64,000 nt of DNA from assembly GCA_003427395.1 (NCBI GenBank), contig BFEA01000018.1:5506808-5570807 (forward strand), read 5' to 3'. The DNA comes from Chara braunii. Its lineage: Eukaryota > Plantae > Charophyceae. Positions 1 to 11,903 of this stretch are shown piece by piece (position 1 is the first letter of the stretch; the number at the start of each line of letters is the position of its first letter). The notes beneath the pieces were generated by a model. It saw only the letters and a program-made list of their open reading frames with translations. It made no database searches and was not told the DNA's origin. Both the position numbers and the translations under genes were made by a program.

Positions 1-2205
1 AGAGGTGCAGGTTACCAGTTGGTGAGGAATTTCGACGAGATGCATTAGGTACGGTAATAACTCAGGCTTGTTGATAACCGGCAAGTGAACTGAGAAGTCA
101 AACTGGCATTGAACGTTTGATATGACGATAGTTCCACTGAGGTAGGCGGATTGACCTCGGGCAAATAACTGATATTAGTCGCTTCTGTCAGTACAAAGAA
201 TATGACTTTAGTGTGACCTTAAGCCCTGTGAAAAGGGATGGCGTGTGTCAAAAGAAATTACGTCATCGGGGTATCAAAGAGAGTCTCTTTGTTTGATCAT
301 TGTTATTATTATCTAAAGTTTTGTTGTTGCTCAGATGTTGTAGCCTTGCTGGTTATTGATGACGGAATGAAAAGGGTGACAACGTCAGGCTGGACAAAAG
401 ATGCTTTCATTTCTTACTGTGTGATTTGGGTGATAGATCTACGTTCCGCACTGTTATGCATGAGTCCAACAAAAGGGAACTGGAGTCATAAGAGTGATCA
501 GTCTCAACTTACCTGTTTGGAGGATGTGACACCTGTGACAGAATATGTACGACTATACGGGCGTGCGATCTTACGAGTCAGAAAATAATTATGGGGACTG
601 TCATCTAGAGATGTTAAAAGGGACATAACACCTCTGCAGAAAAGGGCATATTGAATCACAGGGGTAACCTGAGACAGAAGGGGATCATTACAAGCAATGG
701 TGGTCAAACGAGGAGGTGGAGGTTACTTGTTTCATTTGAGAGTCGCACTGTGCTTCATCCTCCATAAATCTTGAGAGCGGGGACGCTTTAGGATTTCTCT
801 AACCAGTGGAAGTAGGTAAATTGGTAAATGGTAGAAAGTTATGACTTCCCTGGTTATAATTCTACTAATAAAAGGCTGGTCTGCTTAGTTCGCCTGCCCT
901 GCTTTACATGCCGCGTTCGGGTAATCTTGGGAGAATCTTACGTTGACATTGTGAGCGAGACCTTGTCGAGGTCTCCTCGGTGATTATATGGACTAAAGGA
1001 GGAGGATGGGCACTGCCAGGGCGCATGTTGGCATGAACATGGAATCGTGAAATCTAACAGATAAGACACCTGCTCTACCTTGGTTTGGTCTGACTTTCTT
1101 CCTTTACTTATCTCTTCATTCCACTTCGATAGTTGTGGAGTTATCACCTTGGAAACAAGTGCCCCGGGTTAACTGGTACCAATTTCCCTTGACGGGTCGA
1201 ACTGAGTGTTTCTTGGTTGACCAAAATCTGCCTCGTTCAGCTCTAGTCAGTCCATTAGTGATATCGGTATTTGCTTTCAATGGTTTGTGCAAGGAGAAAC
1301 CGTATGAATTCATAAACATTCGTGCAATCGAATGAGCGCGTGATTGTATGAACCTGTATGAACTCGTATAATCATTTCAACAAACAGTCACATGAGGTCT
1401 GCACGTACGGCAATTGTGCGACGGGCAGTCATAAGAGCCTACAAGCTCTCATACAATCATACTAGCCTGTCGACACAGTGACCCCACGAGTGCAGGCATA
1501 TAGGTGCTCGTGCAACTGTATGGACCTGTGATCTAACCGTCCTGAGTTCCCTGAAAAGACGAGTTGTTGATATTGTATGTGGAGGGAAAAAAAAAGTGGA
1601 TGATCATAGAGGTCTCATGAGCTGGTTTTGAAAAAAAAAACTATTTGAGTGTGGCTCTCGAACTCTGGTTACTTTCCATTTGTTTGTCGTCGATGAGCAA
1701 AAGGCAATCTGTGATGCAAAAGATAGCTTACCAGTTGGCTAAGTACCTACTTAATGGCGATTAAAAGGAAGGGGTGAACCTTTTGTATACTGATGTCAAG
1801 CTTCGAGCCTACATGGATAGAAATCAGTAGTGTAGTTAAATTTTGAGTTTATTTAGTCAGAGCTACTGACTTTCTTATCTGAAAGCTCGACCAGGACTAG
1901 ACTAAGAAGAGGGACTCGGTTTGCCTCTGTGGTTCTCTGTATCTCACGGGATCAAATTTTTAGTGAAATAGGTAAAAGCCCCATGACTTAGAAATGTTCG
2001 TCCATCCATCATTTCGTTGGGGTAGCACTCAGTTGCTCCATGTAGTGTTCAAACAGGATCTTGAACAACACCGCCCTACACATGAGTAAAAGCTACTTAC
2101 GGTTATCCCCCATATTGCGTGCTAACTGATGCAACTCATCTCGGTGATTGCTACATCACCCACAGATATTGGTGGAAACCGGCGGAGAATCCTGACTTAG
2201 GGAGA

Positions 2206-2504
2206 TGTGTGTTAAACTTTATACAGTGAGTGGACAAAGGTAGCAACCAATGACACACAACTCATTCTACAGGTTGAGAATTATACACTATAACCTCAAC
2301 CGGGGTTACCACGAGTTACTGTTTATAGTATTCAAGTTGGGGCACCCATCTGATCAGTGGTCGAGATTAACAAAGTTTTGGATTGTTCCTAGAGTTGTAA
2401 CAGATCGCACTCAGGGCTGTAGACAAACAAAGGCTGTAATTAAAGGCATTTGCGGTGTATGTATATGAAAGACACTGGAGCTGAGACCCCCTGCATAACG
2501 TGCA
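2206..2504 (+). mobile_element. Probable 3' LTR of another LTR retroelement inserted into the 5' LTR of element 1
   Basis: Preceded by purine run AGGGAGA (PPT-like). Starts TGTGTGTTA and ends TAACGTGCA, an imperfect TG..CA inverted repeat consistent with CpG decay of TGCGCGTTA. Homology to element 1's 3' LTR begins immediately after 2504. Confidence 0.5.
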
Positions 2505-2800
2505 CCCAGATTTGCTCTTACTACGGGGAGCTGTTGACGTCACCAACGGCATTGTAAATAGGCTAGATAGGATCTGTCATTTGTAGTTTGGGCGCAGAGC
2601 GTCAGATAGGATGTCAACATTGGTTCTTTGTTGATGATGATGAGACTATTCCAACATTATCACTTGTGAGCTTTTGTTGTGCTCTTATTTAGTGAAACTC
2701 GTGTTGCAATTCTGCTTCTGGTTTGAGGTCACGACTATCTAGTTCCATGTGTATGATGTTGCTTGGTTTCTGGAATTCGCTATCGCTCATTTTCCTTGCA
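2505..2800 (+). repeat. 5' LTR of element 1 (3' part only)
   Basis: Near-identical to 10388-10526 plus 10988-11144. Ends CCTTGCA. Confidence 0.9.
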
Positions 2801-2803
2801 ATT

Positions 2804-2815
2804 TGGTATCGGAGT
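2804..2815 (+). promoter_or_regulatory. Primer binding site (tRNA-iMet type)
   Basis: TGGTATCGGAGT lies 3 nt after the LTR end; the canonical site is TGGTATCAGAGC. Confidence 0.85.
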
Positions 2816-4171
2816 TGTGGTACGTTGCGCTAATCTGGCGCTTGTCTTCTGCCTATGCGGTACATCCATGCGGTCGGTTGGGCGAGCAGCCGTAGGGAGT
2901 GTGTAGTGAGGAGGGGGAAGTCAAGCAGGCGACCCAGGTGAAGAGGGGTATCACCAAGAAGGTTGTATGGTGATTATTGGGTGTTCGCAATGTTATGAGA
3001 ATTATTAGATGTGCGATTGATGTTGAGGTGGAACGGCGGGATAATGCTGGTTGTGTCGAAGTAGCGATTGGTCATCACAATCGGCATCAGGTCATCTGGT
3101 GAGAATATTTGCGGTTGGGGGCAGTTATTTTGAGGTACGTTGCTCTTACCCTTATCTACCCTCTGGTGAGAATACATGTGGTAGGGGGCAACTATTTTGA
3201 GGTACGTTGCTTTTAACCTTATCTACCCTCTTTGACACTTCTTACCGTGAGGATTTGTGCTCTGTCTTGAGTCCTCTCATGTGAGGAGTCGAGTGCGCTC
3301 AACCTTATGAGTCGGCATTGTTCACTTGGAGCATCTAGATGGAGAGGGCGGAGCTATCTCAAGGGCCCTGGACGAAGCACTGGGTCATGGTCACCATGCC
3401 AACCCACTGGGAGTAGAGCACGCATGCTTTGCTGCTTTGTCCTTTCCCTGCCTGTTGCGCTGATAGATGGGTTATGAGGGCAGGCCATCCCTATAAGGGA
3501 GACGAGTACCGGGCGTCTATAAATAAGCATCGGCGGGGTACCTTCCATTAGTTGTGATTGTCGTCCTGTCTGCGACGTTAAATAATTCCTGAGGACGTCG
3601 GGGGTCGTCCTTGAACGCCTCTTGATCAGCCAATCGGTCGGTGTAAGGCTCGCTGCTGGCGAGGGTAAACATTATGCAGGGCTGGTCAACTCAGCATACA
3701 CTCGGGGCACAGGGGTGGGCCGTGTGCACACCTTTAGACACACGCTATCCGGATTGCTCAGGAACACTGACTTCAAGAGACAATCAAGAAGAACTGAGGG
3801 AGGGGTAGGTTCCAGGTGATCAATTCGGAAAAGATTCCACTCTGCAAACAGCCATGCAAACGATTCTATTTCTATTTTTGATTAGTTAAGATGTACGTCC
3901 ATTGACATCTCACAGTCAACAATAGTTAGAAATTTGCTTTCTGTTCGTGGACTAATTAATTAAAAATAGTTTCGTTTGTAGGATTTGGACTTACCTGTTG
4001 AACCCAAATGTATAGACTCAGACGTAGCCACCAATTAATTTATTTATTTATTTTAAATCGGTCTGTGCATTATGTTGTGGTAGGCATTGTGTGTCACCTA
4101 GTGCAGATTGTGCGCAGTACTATAGCTTATGAGCCTGTGATAGGGAGAACACTAGCGAGGACGACAAGATC

Positions 4172-6071
4172 TTGCGATCAGCAAGGCACCCGATAGCCCA
4201 TGTGGCATTAGAACCCGAGGGTGACAGACTTTTGTTCCGCCAGCCTAGGGAGAGACAGCAGCAGCAGTGGAGAGCTAGGGCCACGGAGGCAAGCAGGGAA
4301 TTCGCAAGCAAGGCCGCTACTTCAACAGCCCTGGCCACTGCTGCGCAACAGAGTTCCCAGGCCAATAGCTCACGAATTGTGGGGGCAACGATCGCACAAA
4401 CCCTGAGTCAGTCCGTTGGAATGGCAAGCCAACAGTTGGTTTTGACTCCCGAGGAGATTGCCATACAGAGAGCAGATGCTCAAGAGACACAACTACAAAA
4501 GGCTTTAGGAAAGATAAAGGCAGAGAAGGAGAGGATGCTTAGACGCAGAACAAGGATGCAGCAGAGACAAGCGGACCTTAGAAAGTTAGAGGAGATGGAC
4601 AAGACAGATATGGATGACGACGTGAGGGTTGTAAGAACCGCCCTGCTGGATGTGGTAGAAATGCAGAACTATCATACAACACTCTTATAGGACATCCAGT
4701 AGAGTCAAGCCCTGCTGGCTGGGAGAGCTCAGGTAGCACCATCACCATCAGGGTTTGGTGTCTGGCTTGTGGTACAACATCCTCCTTTTGTCCCACCGGT
4801 AACTGGAGTATCCCCATACATTGTCTCTCCAGCATTAGTCCAAGCCGCTTCCCTATTACGTATGCCTTTGATAGGCGGGTTTTCAGCAGGTCCGAGTGTA
4901 TAGATTTTTGTTCAGACAGTGTATTCCCAACCTCCGTTACAGACTGTCGTAACTGGGCAGTCTATTGTCTCGCAGCCAACACAGTCGCACGCACAGCCCC
5001 AGCAACAGCTAGTACAGCAGCCCGCGCCCCAGGGTCCATAGCCTGGAGTGCCACAGGTGCTGGGACAAGGCCAGTGGGTTCCAAAGATGGTCATCGCCTC
5101 ACCTAAACCCTTCTAAGGGGATAAGAGTGGCGAAGACCTTGACACATGGTTGAGATCAGTGCGAGTCTACGTAAAGTGCAACTTGACCTTGCCGAACGAG
5201 GAAGTGTTTGTGGCTGCCTCCTATCTTGAGGGGAGGGCAACAAGATGGTTAAGAGGGCTAGTTCAACTACAGGAATACGGTCATGACTTTCGCGCTTGGG
5301 CAGTCAACCAGAAACTGGATGACTTCCTTTAGCTGGTAGAGGAAAGGTGGCATGATCCGCAAGAGGCTCAAAAGGTCACTGATGCGATCCTGACCTTGAG
5401 CTCTAAGTCGTTCAAGTCAGTAAGTGATGCCACAGACGCAGTAGAGCGTCTGATCTGTGTACGTGGAGTGTGTTATGACCCCCAGGTCTTACTTACCACT
5501 TACCTGAGGTGTTTTCCCATACCACTCAAGAATCAGTAAGCGCGTGAGGCAAACATCAATGTGCACAACTTTCCCTCATTTAGCAAGAAGGCCCTAGACT
5601 TGGAAGCAAAGATAGGGCATGGGCACCAACCCATGACGGATGGAAGGAAGAAAACTTTGTCTCCCAATTGGAAAGTGAAGGGCCGCATTATGTTCGTCGA
5701 CAATGATGGTTCCACCATTGAGTTAGACGACGACTACCAAGAAGGAGTAGGTTCAAAGGCTAGCAGCGTAGAGGTTTCAAGGGGTGGAACAGTCGCTGCC
5801 TCAGTCCAAAAAGATAAGGCGACCGGTAGACGCCGCGGAGGCTCCCGGCCTAGGAGTCAAGGGTCTCACAGAGGACGTGTGGAGAGACCTGTACATCCGG
5901 CAGGCTTGTATCCGTTGTGGCCAATATGGCCATAATCAGTTCAAGTGTCGGAATAAGAAGGTGATTGAAAAGATCCCACCTACAATGGGGCAGGCGACAG
6001 GATCCTCCGCTTCCCAGGGTAGTAATGTTGCCAACAGTTTTGGCACCGCCTCGGGAAACACGTCGGGCTAG
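4172..6071 (+). pseudogene. gag: gag of element 1 (fragmented)
   Basis: Coiled-coil N-terminal ORF. Capsid-like segment DLDTWLRSV..AASYLEGRATRW. Zinc knuckle CIRCGQYGHNQFKC in ORF 5784-6071. Confidence 0.85.
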
Positions 6072-6096
6072 TAGGAATGGTAGTTGTTCCTGCTAG
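6053..6096 (+). promoter_or_regulatory. -1 ribosomal frameshift signal (G GGA AAC plus downstream hairpin)
   Basis: Heptamer 6053-6059 is in the gag frame, and the -1 frame is open into the protease ORF at 6077. Stem CTAGTAGGAA/TTCCTGCTAG starts 8 nt downstream. Confidence 0.75.
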
Positions 6097-9000
6097 GGTC
6101 GAGGTGGTGAACACACTCTCACAATCTCGAGAGATGACCCAAGCTACTGACTCCATAGTTGTCCTACAAACACATTCAGACCCATCGATCCTCTATTCAA
6201 TGAATGTGTTTGAATCCTTAGAGGAGCAAGAGGAGTGGTCTATATCAGACCCGCTAGCTTTTCGGACGGCCATCGCCAAAGCCCCTAAGGGTGAGTTGTT
6301 CGACGGCGAGGTAGTCATCGGCAGTCGTAAGACCAGGGCCTATAATGACACTTGCTCGACGCGGAACTTTATTAGTCGCGTGTGCGTTGAGAGGCTGCAC
6401 TTACAGGGGCAAGTGCAGCGCCTGAGTCGACCTATGGAGTCGACATGTGCCAACAAACAGCGCATGGTAGTCAACGACTACCTTAAAGACATTGAGTGTT
6501 GTTTCCCGTACACGGGATGGGAACTGAGACATCGAGTCTCGTTCCTAGTCAGTGATGAACTCCCAATGGATATCTTGTTGGGTATGTTTTATATTTCGGT
6601 TGCACGGTCCGAGTTTGACTAGGACCGAAAAGTAGTCAAACACACACTGCCCAATGGGGGGACTGCCAGATTGCGCAAGTTCAAAGCGAGCAGTCTGATC
6701 GAGTCCTATGGGTGCATGTGTGCGACTGCATTCTACAATTATTATAAGCAAAATTCGGAGAACGGTATGTACTTAGTTTATGTCTCCACAGAGGGTGAGC
6801 TGGTGAAAATGTCACCAGAGATAGAAGGAATAGTCGCTAAGTACCCTGATCTATTCGAAAAGCCGAAAGGGGTTGTTGAGAGGGAGATCGTCCATGCCAT
6901 AGAAATTATCCCAGGGTCTTGCATTCCGAAGGGTAGAATCTATCGGATGTTTCCAGCGGAGCTTAATGAGCTTCGCCGACAGCTCAAGGATCTCATAGAC
7001 AAGGGATGGATCCGGCCTAGTGTCTCCCCTTACGGATCTCCTGTTTTATTCGTACCAAAGAAGGGGGGAACCTTGAGGATGTGCATTGACCATACGGGCC
7101 TCAATGCCATCACCGTCAAGAACGCAGAGCCCCCACTGAGCATCGATGACTTGTTGGACTGAGTGCAAGGGTGCCTGTACTTCAGTAAGATAGATTTGAA
7201 GTCCGGATACCATCGTATTGCAATACAGTCCGAGGATCAACACAAAACCGCTTTTCAGCCCAGGTACGGTCTGTATGAGTTTGTGGTGATGCCTTTCGGC
7301 CTTTGCAATGCTCATGGCACCTTCCAGCACATCATGAATCGGATTTTTCATGACTACTTGGACAAGTTTGTCATCGTGTACCTCGATGATAAACTTATCG
7401 TCAGTAGGACTGTCGAAGAGCATGTTGGTCATTAAGATGAAGTACTTAGTCTCCTTCGGCGGCACCAGTTCAAGATTAACCAGGGGAAGTGCGAGTTTGG
7501 CTATACCCGGATCATGTATCTGGGTCATGAGATTTCTGTAGAGGGATTGAAGCCCGATGACGTGAAGGTGGCCAGCATTCGTGACTGGCCGCGGCCTCAG
7601 TCTGTGACTAAGATGAGGTCCTTCTTAAGGATGATCGGCTACTACCGCAATTTTGTCAAGAATTATAGCATAATGGCCGCCCCTTTGACGGACCTGACAC
7701 GCCTTGACGCCTGTGGGAGTGGACAGACAGGTGTGAGGTTACTTTCAGACATCTAAAGCATGCCCTCACTCACCGTGAGGTCTTGAAACTGCCTGATCCT
7801 GACAGGCCGTTTGTAGTAACCACGGATGTCAGCCAATATGGCATAGGTGTCGTGCTTGCGCATCAGGAGGGGAAAAAGTTAAGGCATGTAGAGTACATGT
7901 CCAAAACGATGCCCTCTCAGAAGTTGGTTAAGTCCACCTATGAGAAGGAGCTCTATGCAATCTATAAAGCGCTCACACATTGGAGGCACTATCTCCTTGG
8001 TCGTTTTTTCTACGTCAGGACTGATCATCAGACCCGAAGGTGGATGAAGACTCAATCGGTACTCTCTGATGCTCTGAAGCGATAAAATGAAGTAATAGAG
8101 CAGTATGACTTTGAGCCCCAGTACATCAAGGGAGAGTACAACAAGGTTGCATATGCGATGTCGCGTAGGCCAGACTTCCTTGGTGTGCTGATCACTGAGT
8201 TTGGGCTTGCGGACGATGTTACTCAATCTTTGGTGGAAGCTTATCGCGAGGACCCGCTTATGGCCAAGGTCATACGCAGACTCGAGGCAAAGGACAAACT
8301 AACTGCTGACGAGTTTGTGTTGGTCAATGGTCTGTTGTTCCTTGAGAAGACCGGGAATAAACGATTGTGTGTTCCAAATCGGGAGTCTTTGCGCAGTTTA
8401 TTTTTAGGCGAGTATCATGATGTCACCGGACATTTTGGGTATAGGAAGACTGCAACAAACTTGTTGCAGCGGTTTTGGTGGCCCACAATGATGAAAGATG
8501 CCAAGTTGTACGTGGAGACTTGTCAAGTGTGTCAAAGAGACAAGCCACGTACACAGGCCCCTCTTGGGCTTCTCAAGCCCCTTTCGATTCCGAAAAGGCT
8601 CGGTGAGAGCATGTCTATGGATTTCATGGACACGCTGGTCACCAGCAAGAGCGGAATGTGATATGTCTATGTCATTGTGAATAGGTTTAGTAAGTATGCA
8701 GTTAGTCGCAATGCCTGCTACAACTAAGACCGAGTATGTGATCAAATTGTTCAAAGAGAATTGGGTCAGAGACTTTGGACTTCCAAAGTCTATTGTAAGT
8801 GACCGGAATGTCCGATTCACCAGTGAGTTGTGGAAGGCTGCAGCTGCAGAACAGGGACTCTTCTGAGAGGGCATCTTTTTGGACTTCTGAGAAGGCCCTC
8901 TAGGAACCACCCAGAGGCAAATGGGCAAGCAGAGCAGCTGGATTGCGATGTACAGCACCTGCTAAGGCACTACATCAAGCCCAATCAGGTGGACTGGGAT

Positions 9001-9757
9001 GAGAAACTTGCTCTCATCACTAGCCTGTATAACAACGCCGTGCACAGTGCAACAGGGGTGAGCCCCAACAGTCTGCTACTGACTTTCAAACCTATACTAC
9101 CCTTAGATTTTCTACTACCTGAGAATCAGCCTTCTGCTGCACCAGGCACCTTAGATTTCGCTTATCGATATGAGTGTCTGATGCAGCAAGCTGTAGAACA
9201 GATGCACAAGGCACAGGCGGCGATGATAGAATCTGAGAACAAACACCGCCCATCTACAATTCAGGTAGGGGACAGAGTCTGGGTCAAGTCCTCAGAACTG
9301 GAACAGGAGCACGGGATCTCCCGCAAGCTCATGCCACAGTACTTTGGACCATGGGAGGTTCTCGATGTTGTCGGGGCCCGGGGGTGATCCGGATCGGCCA
9401 TCATATGTAATCCGGATCCCTGGTCACCTTCGCAGGTACCCTGTCTTTCACGCCTCTAAACTTGCACCTTTTAGAGAAACTGATCAATTCCTCTCTCGTC
9501 GCTCAACGCTGCCCCCAACTATGGATGGAGAGGTCGACATCGACGACATCGTGGATCACAGGGAAATGCCAGTTCCAAGACCAACAGGCAGGGGACGTCC
9601 TCCTAAGCCGAAGCTGCAATATCGCATTCGGTTCAGGCATCACACTGATCCTAAGGAGGACAGATGGTTTACCCGGGAGGAACTGATACAGACCGCTCCA
9701 CAGGCTGTCGCTCACTACGAGAAGTTACTACAAAAGGGAAAGCGCCAGATTGAATAA
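6077..9757 (+). pseudogene. pol: pol of element 1: aspartic protease, RT, RNase H, integrase, chromodomain (fragmented)
   Basis: [90 protein letters not shown]. Chromodomain DIDDIVDHR..YRIRF..EDRW. Confidence 0.95.
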
Positions 9758-9786
9758 AGGAACTTCTCAGAGGACTGTCGAAGTAT

Positions 9787-9797
9787 GGAGGAGAGAA
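9787..9797 (+). promoter_or_regulatory. Polypurine tract of element 1
   Basis: GGAGGAGAGAA directly before the TGCGAGG LTR start. Confidence 0.8.
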
Positions 9798-11144
9798 TGC
9801 GAGGCATACGGTCCCAACGAGCCCCTTTTGGCCCTGTAAGCAGCACCGTCGGCCAGCCTAAGTGAAGGCGGGCCCGACCAAGGCCAAGAGGCCTATTTTT
9901 CGGCCACCACGCAACTGGGGAAATTCAGGCAGTTGCGCACCGCCAGTTGGTTGAGAGCGCCCAGTTCCTGGCTGCCGTTTTTGTACGTAACCAAGGCAGG
10001 CCCTGGGCCAGATACACAACATGGGCCGAACAAAGGCTGTGGGCAGTTGGGCACAGGCAACCGTCACAGGCCCTGGGCCTGATTCGTTTGAACCAGGGCT
10101 CAGCCTCTCGGGGCCTATCGGAAGCTTCTGGGCAGGGGCCCAGCGCAGTCAGTCACACGCAGCAGGCAGGCCACTTCCATTTAGGAAAGTTCCTGCCCTC
10201 GCATTGGGCATTCGGGCACTGGCTGCATGCTGCGCTGATTGCTGGCCAGGCCCACGCGCTCACGGGCGAGCGGGATGAGCAGGCAGCCATAGCCGAGCTG
10301 CGCTGCGCTAGCCGAGACTATGAGTAGGGGGTCGAGGTTGTGAGATATGCGAGAGACATGCCTGGTGGTTGAGGCGAACAGCATTGGCCGAGATCTGCTC
10401 GTACTACGGGGAGCTGTTGACGTCCCCAGCGGCATTGTAGATAGGCTAGATAGGATCCGCCATTTGTAGTCTGGGCGCAGAGCATCAGATAGGATGTCGG
10501 CATTGGTTCTTTGTTGATGATGATGAGGGCCTCATTCCACACCACTAAAAATGTAAGGACCCTCAGAAAATCATCGTTCCACCACTCCCTAATGACGAAA
10601 AAAACGAACTGCAGAATGTTTCCACATTGTCGGCTTTTAGGGTCCGCCCTCACTTTTTCAGGGCGGCCCAGGCAAAACGAGGCGAAATCTCTAGGGAGCC
10701 CCCGGAGATGACTAGAAATGTGAGGTCGGGGACGTACGTGGCGCGTATTTGACGGATGCTGCCGCGGGGTTGTTCTTTTCCCAGCGAACCACGTATCCTC
10801 CCAACGGCTACGACGGCCTCGCAAGGAGACGGTGGTACCAGGTTTCCTCCTCACCTCAGATGTAGGGGCGAGTAAGTGTAGGGTGTTGTGGAACGAAAAA
10901 ACAAGTTAGTGTAAATTAATCACCCTCGGCCAGTTGGGGCGCCCTTACAAAGTTAGGATTTTCTAGTGGTGTGGAACGAGGCCCTGAGACTATTCCAACA
11001 TTGTCACTTGTGAGCTTTTGCTGTGCTCTTATTTGGTGAAACTCGTGTTGCAATTCTGCTTCTGGTTCGAGGTCACGACTATCTGGTTTCATGTGTATGA
11101 TGCTGCTTGGTTTCTGGAATTCGCTATCGCTCATTTTCCTTGCA
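9798..11144 (+). repeat. 3' LTR of element 1 (contains MITE)
   Basis: TGCGAGG...CCTTGCA termini; 3' part matches the 5' LTR. Confidence 0.9.
10527..10984. mobile_element. PIF/Harbinger (Tourist-like) MITE, 458 bp
   Basis: 21-bp TIRs GGGCCTCATTCCACACCACTA / TAGTGGTGTGGAACGAGGCCC (1 mismatch). 3-bp TSD TGA at 10524-10526 and 10985-10987. The empty site is visible in the 5' LTR (GATGATGAGACTATT). Confidence 0.9.
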
Positions 11145-11252
11145 CAAACAGTTCAACATTCGAATGCAATCACAACAACTGCTCACACTTCAGACATGTT
11201 TCCCTTTCACACGACCATAGTTGGGTCTCCTTTAAACTCGACAAAGCAAGAT

Positions 11253-11297
11253 CCTCCTACCGGTTTCATCGGCTTGCGAGCGGAATCATCAGAAAGG
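11253..11297 (-). ncRNA. Minimal type I hammerhead ribozyme motif of Penelope-like element type (partly degenerate)
   Basis: Minus strand reads CCTTT-CTGATGA-TTCCGCTCGCAAGCCGAT-GAAA-CCGGT-A-GGAGG. Core boxes are intact, helix III is palindromic (ACCGGT), helix I is CCTTT/GGAGG, and helix II has 2 mismatches. Confidence 0.6.
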
Positions 11298-11871
11298 TGC
11301 GCTCTGCGTGAGCACGTCTGTCAAAAAGAGTGCAAAGTTACCCTCCTCAAAAAAGAATGGAAATAATTGAGCACCTCTTCTCGCAATGCCAGTCGTCAGT
11401 GTTGTTATGGTGTTGATTTAAAAGAAGAGGTAACTACGGCACAGTCATGAAAGCAGTTTGTAATTGCATTTCAAACTGCGTTTTAGTAGTTTAGTCAGGG
11501 CCCGAGGTTCAAATGCAGTTGAAACTCGGGCTGGCAGTTTTTAGTAGTTCAGTCATGCACGTGGCCCCTCTTTTTCCTTTTTCCCGTTTTTCTTTTTTTT
11601 TTTAATAATTCTCAGGCGTGGCCAACATCTTGGCAGTGGCCCCGCCACACGACGAGATGCTTTTTTTCTTTTTTTCTTTTAATTCTTGGGCGTGGCCGAG
11701 ACATTTCGACCACAGCCCCACCACGCGACAAGGGAAAAAAAAAAGTAAAGAAGAAGAAAAGGGGGGGGGGGACGGGAAAATAACGAAAAAAAAAAACAAA
11801 AACCGGCTCCTCCTGGCCATGGGAGTGGCGGGCACTGACATTTCGACCGTAGCCCCACCATGCGACGGGAA

Positions 11872-11903
<32 letters not shown>

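Larger units (their letters stand above)
2505..11144 (+). mobile_element. Ty3/gypsy chromovirus-type LTR retrotransposon (element 1), decayed
   Basis: 5' LTR remnant 2505-2800 matches the 3' LTR (about 10388-11144 minus the MITE). Has PBS, PPT and gag-PR-RT-RH-IN-chromodomain order, with many stops and frameshifts. Confidence 0.95.

Noticed and set aside
7046-8958. Antisense ORFs over pol (also 38280-40891) and over CYP37
   Set aside because: Shadow frames of real coding sequence with no independent motifs.
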